DNA of 48,941 nucleotides from Folioceros fuciformis (lineage: Eukaryota): positions 1 to 48,941 of the forward strand of contig JBNGIO010006268.1 of NCBI GenBank assembly GCA_049999805.1, written 5' to 3'. The stretch's first letter is position 1, and every line of letters begins with the position of its first letter. Below, piece by piece: positions 45,638-48,941 of the stretch. Both the position numbers and the translations under genes were made by a program. The notes under the pieces were generated by a model. It was not told the DNA's origin. It ran no database searches and was given only the letters and a program-made list of their open reading frames with translations.

Positions 45638-46132
45638 GAATTCGTCGTGCTCCACCAAGCCCGCCAATTTCCCTCTTTCCTTCCGGAAGCCTACTACTTC
45701 CCGTTATATCACAGTCAATTCCTGGAGAAGAGTGATCGTCGCACAGAGTTGTTATATACTGTCCAGAAGCTCTGAAAGCCAGTCTGTTCCATGGATCACT
45801 TGGCAGAGAGAAAACATTGTCGATTGCTTATTAATCACCGTTGCCTACAGTTCGTAATTCTCCGCCTTCGTTTCTACAAAGAACTACCTCCACTTCCTCA
45901 AACCTACATTGGCGTGAACTCGTCCAATCAAACNNNNNNNNNNAAAGGTCAGTCACACTGGATATCTTACAAGTTCACACCCTAAGAGATGTCTTTCTAG
46001 TGTAGATACTAATTGTCACGGATGCACCCAGTCATTACAGGTCCTCCAAAACCATGTCCCGAGTTAGACTGGACAACAAGTTTCGCCACTACAAATCGTG
46101 AAAAAGACTCTCCAGGGGAAATCGTTGATGTA

Positions 46133-46597
46133 CTACTTGAGCTCATCGCTCTGCTTGTCGTCTCCTAATAAAACATCCCCACATCCTAGAGCAATCTGCT
46201 GTCCATTCTGTTCAACAGCTCTTTCTTGGAGCCGGGCATGCTCTTTCTTCTCCCACTCGTGATATTGGGTACTGAGAATGATGTCCAACATAGCTCCAGT
46301 CGTGCTGAAAAATACCAGCGGAGTCAGGCTCTTCCGTCTTATACCCACTGGAATGGCGATCAATGTTCCGACTACAGAGAAAGCCCAACCCCTGCAGGTC
46401 ACCAAAGTCACACTTATCACTTCTCGTTGCCACTGGTGACTGCTCTTACATCGCCAACTGAACAATAATTGCTACAACGCAAGGAAGGTCACTCGAATGA
46501 GGCACACGAGCTCGAATTGCTTGTTAGAACAGATGGAAACAACAGACCCTTTCAAAAACTCGGGAGGTGGTGCCGCGTGCTGCTTGCTCCCTTCCAT
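46133..46597 (-). CDS. Small conserved plant membrane protein of unknown function (possibly degenerate); 5' structure uncertain
   Basis: GWAFSVVGTLIAIPVGIRRKSLTPLVFFSTTGAMLDII resembles a conserved uncharacterised plant protein as I recall it. A candidate ATG lies at ~46597 (MEGSKQH), but I could not build a clean spliced model. Confidence 0.45.
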
Positions 46598-46728
46598 GGT
46601 GGACGTCACGATAAGGCGTCCCAACCCTAGTATTATTTGTTTGGGATCCGGTTCGTTTCTATTTTGCGTTCAAGCAGTTCTAGAGGAGGAAGACGCGGGC
46701 TTCTGAGTTGGACTGGCAGATCGACCAC

Positions 46729-48023
46729 ATGGCGATGTATGGGAGGAAGGCGTCGTCGTTGGTGCATGAGCTGAAGGGCTGTGAGGATCACCGCATCCTT
46801 CCTTTCAAGGTGAGGAATTCGTTGCGAGCGTTGGATTCAAGTTTAAAATTTATTGTGTCGAATGTATTCTCCGTGGCGGATGGCAAGTTTAAGTGACCTA
46901 TACCACATTTCCTGGATGCACTTCCAGGAGGACATCTTCACTGGTGCTCTGGAAGACATACATGAGCACCATCAACTGGTGGAGAACCGGTTCCGGTATG
47001 TGCCCTTTGCACCACTTAACTTGCAGTCAAATTCTTTATTTGTGTTTCTGGAGGTGGCTCAGCAGTTTTCTACCTAGCGTCGGTGTCCTAAGGTGGATAT
47101 CTGCCAGGAAGATGGAGGAAGAGGGTGTAGACGTGCAGACTACTGAAGGACCAGACTATGTGGGAGGATACATTCACCATTGCAGCATACTTCGTAACAA
47201 GCGTTGTCTCTTAGCCTACGTGTATGTTGCCTACTTGGAATCAGTTCGGAAGGCCTTGTCTCAGGTTTCTGTTGCAAACCAATGCCGGTCTGATGTTTGA
47301 CAGAGTAGCTCTGAGTTTGAACAGAATCTGAATAGCTTAGACTGATGTGTTCTACAATCGTTCCTTTTTTGTGCAATTGTTTGAGACACTAGTTCAATCT
47401 AGGTCTGGAGTCGATCAGTCTCTGGATGGCGTGCAGTAGTAATCCTTTCTCCAATTTGACTTTTTAGTTTACAAACGCTGATGTATGCACACCGATTGCT
47501 TCAGGTATAATCGTGCTGAAAGGATACGTCGTCTAAGGTGGGAGCTGGGAGCCGTATTACCGCAGGACATACAGGACAAGCTGAGCCATTCAGAAAAGGA
47601 GTTCTTCAAGGACTACTCTACACTGCTGGGAACGTACATGTCGAATATAGATCTGGATCTAACCGTTGTAAGTCCAACGGGCCCTATCTCTGTCCTGCAA
47701 GTTACAGGCTTCTAGAACTTTTAGAACCATGGTGTTGACGATGAGGTCTTCAACTTTTTAGGACGCCACTCCGCCGAAGGATCCATATGTACAGGTGAGA
47801 GTCTTGGAGAGCGTTGGAGAGGTGTTGGTGGGGGACCAATCAACATCACTTATCCGCAACTCCATCCATTTCATGACTCGCACTGAAGCGGAACCTCTCG
47901 TCGCACAGGTCATATCCACGTATCTTGAAGGTTGCAAGCCGCATTTTTTGTTGCAACAAGTGACAGCTGGTGACACTCCTTTTCCGTCTCTGATAGGGTC
48001 TCCTTGAGGAGGTGCTCGAGTAG
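46729..48023 (+). CDS. PSF1: GINS complex subunit 1 (PSF1), 6 exons
   Basis: MYGRKASSLVHEL, IHHCSILRNKRCLLAYV|YNRAERIRRLRWELGAVLP, DLDLTV|DATPPKDPYVQVRVLE, HFMTRTEAEPLVAQ|GLLEEVLE*. Canonical GT-AG introns. The start is at 46729 or 46735. Confidence 0.93.
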
Positions 48024-48628
48024 TGAAGTAAAATGTTGAGGGAGAACCCGAAACCAGTGATTCAACTCCAGCTGTCGCAGTAAGTAGTGGTCGCAACACA
48101 TGCATTTCAAATAGAGGAATCTGTATTTGGTCGTGTTTTCTCTAACAATTTTCGTCGTTCTTCCTGAACCTCGAATCCAGCTCTAGCTCTGATATTACCT
48201 CGACTGGGCCTACAGTCACTGGCGAATGGACTACTAATCATCACCCTGAATGAACTCTGCAACGTCCTCGGTTGTGAATGTGCCCTTGCCCTTTGTTTGC
48301 CCGTCTCTCCAAGAGGGGTGTTCTGTCACGTTTAGCGTCAAAACTGGAACGTCCTCGTATATCATGAAATGCGACGTAATTAAGCTGTCAGTGCATTTTC
48401 TTCCTCACAAGAGGGAAAGGGGATCTTACTTATGGTGAACCCTGTAATTGTCTCAAGTACTGCCTCCCCGTGTTTTGCAAATAGCGGACGATACCGAGAG
48501 GAGGAAAAACTGGCAAATTCAGCCAAGAGGCAAGCCAAGTACGCATTCTATTCCATCGTGACCTCCTTCCAAACCTGAGGCGGAGCAGCATGGTCCTGCA
48601 CCAACAAGCTCGACAGCCGAAAAATTCC

Positions 48629-48933
48629 TCAGTTACGTGCATCTGCGGTGGACCACATTGGTAATCCCGACGACGTCCTGACCACAAATTGGCCATCCTT
48701 CTGCAACACAGCAGAGAAAATATTCGGACTCACAACCCCCCGCGGCCGGGGGCAACAGCTCCACACCTGAACATTCTCTTGACTGTTGATCACCAAATTG
48801 CCGTTTTTCTGCATAGCAAGAAAGCAGCCAGTACCAGCCCCAGCAGTCCCTGACGACCAAGCCTTCCCCTCGAATCCAAACGCCTTGAAACGCTTCCACA
48901 ACACCAGGTCGCAATCCTCCCGCATCTGCAACC
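48629..48933 (-). CDS. Bulb-type (GNA/B-lectin) lectin domain, 3' exon; gene continues beyond the window
   Basis: Three subdomain repeats: MREDCDLVLW..AWSSGT, MQKNGNLVI..VWS, LQKDGQFVV..MWST. Stop at 48629; a probable acceptor (tatag|) lies near the window end. Confidence 0.8.
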
Positions 48934-48941
48934 TATACAGT

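Overview
Eukaryotic, land-plant nuclear DNA. Spliceosomal introns are short (about 100 bp), genes are dense, and proteins resemble conserved plant families. This style fits a compact bryophyte-type genome such as a hornwort, but the taxon is my inference. Gene order: 46-bp minisatellite; serpin (+); an intronless, strongly divergent TBP-like gene (-); an inverted, decayed genomic copy of the lipase (+); class-3/DAG-lipase-like gene (-); intronless VPS16 (+); small conserved two-exon gene (+); ~35-exon TRA1/TRRAP (-) with a U12-type first intron and a long Gln-Ala repeat; divergent EG45/PNP-like secreted protein (-); decayed GT47 fragment; two tandem GT47 (MUR3/KATAMARI-like) genes (-) flanking a small secreted acidic protein gene whose C-terminal motif recurs twice past its stop; an LTR-like repeat patch; a small membrane-protein gene or pseudogene (-) head-to-head with GINS1/PSF1 (+); and the 3' exon of a bulb-type lectin (-). 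There are four N-gaps, three flanked by duplicated sequence that is probably assembly artefact. No CRISPR, rRNA or tRNA genes were seen. The most notable candidates are the TBP-related factor and the repeat-motif secreted peptide precursor. All homology calls come from motif recognition by eye, not from database searches.
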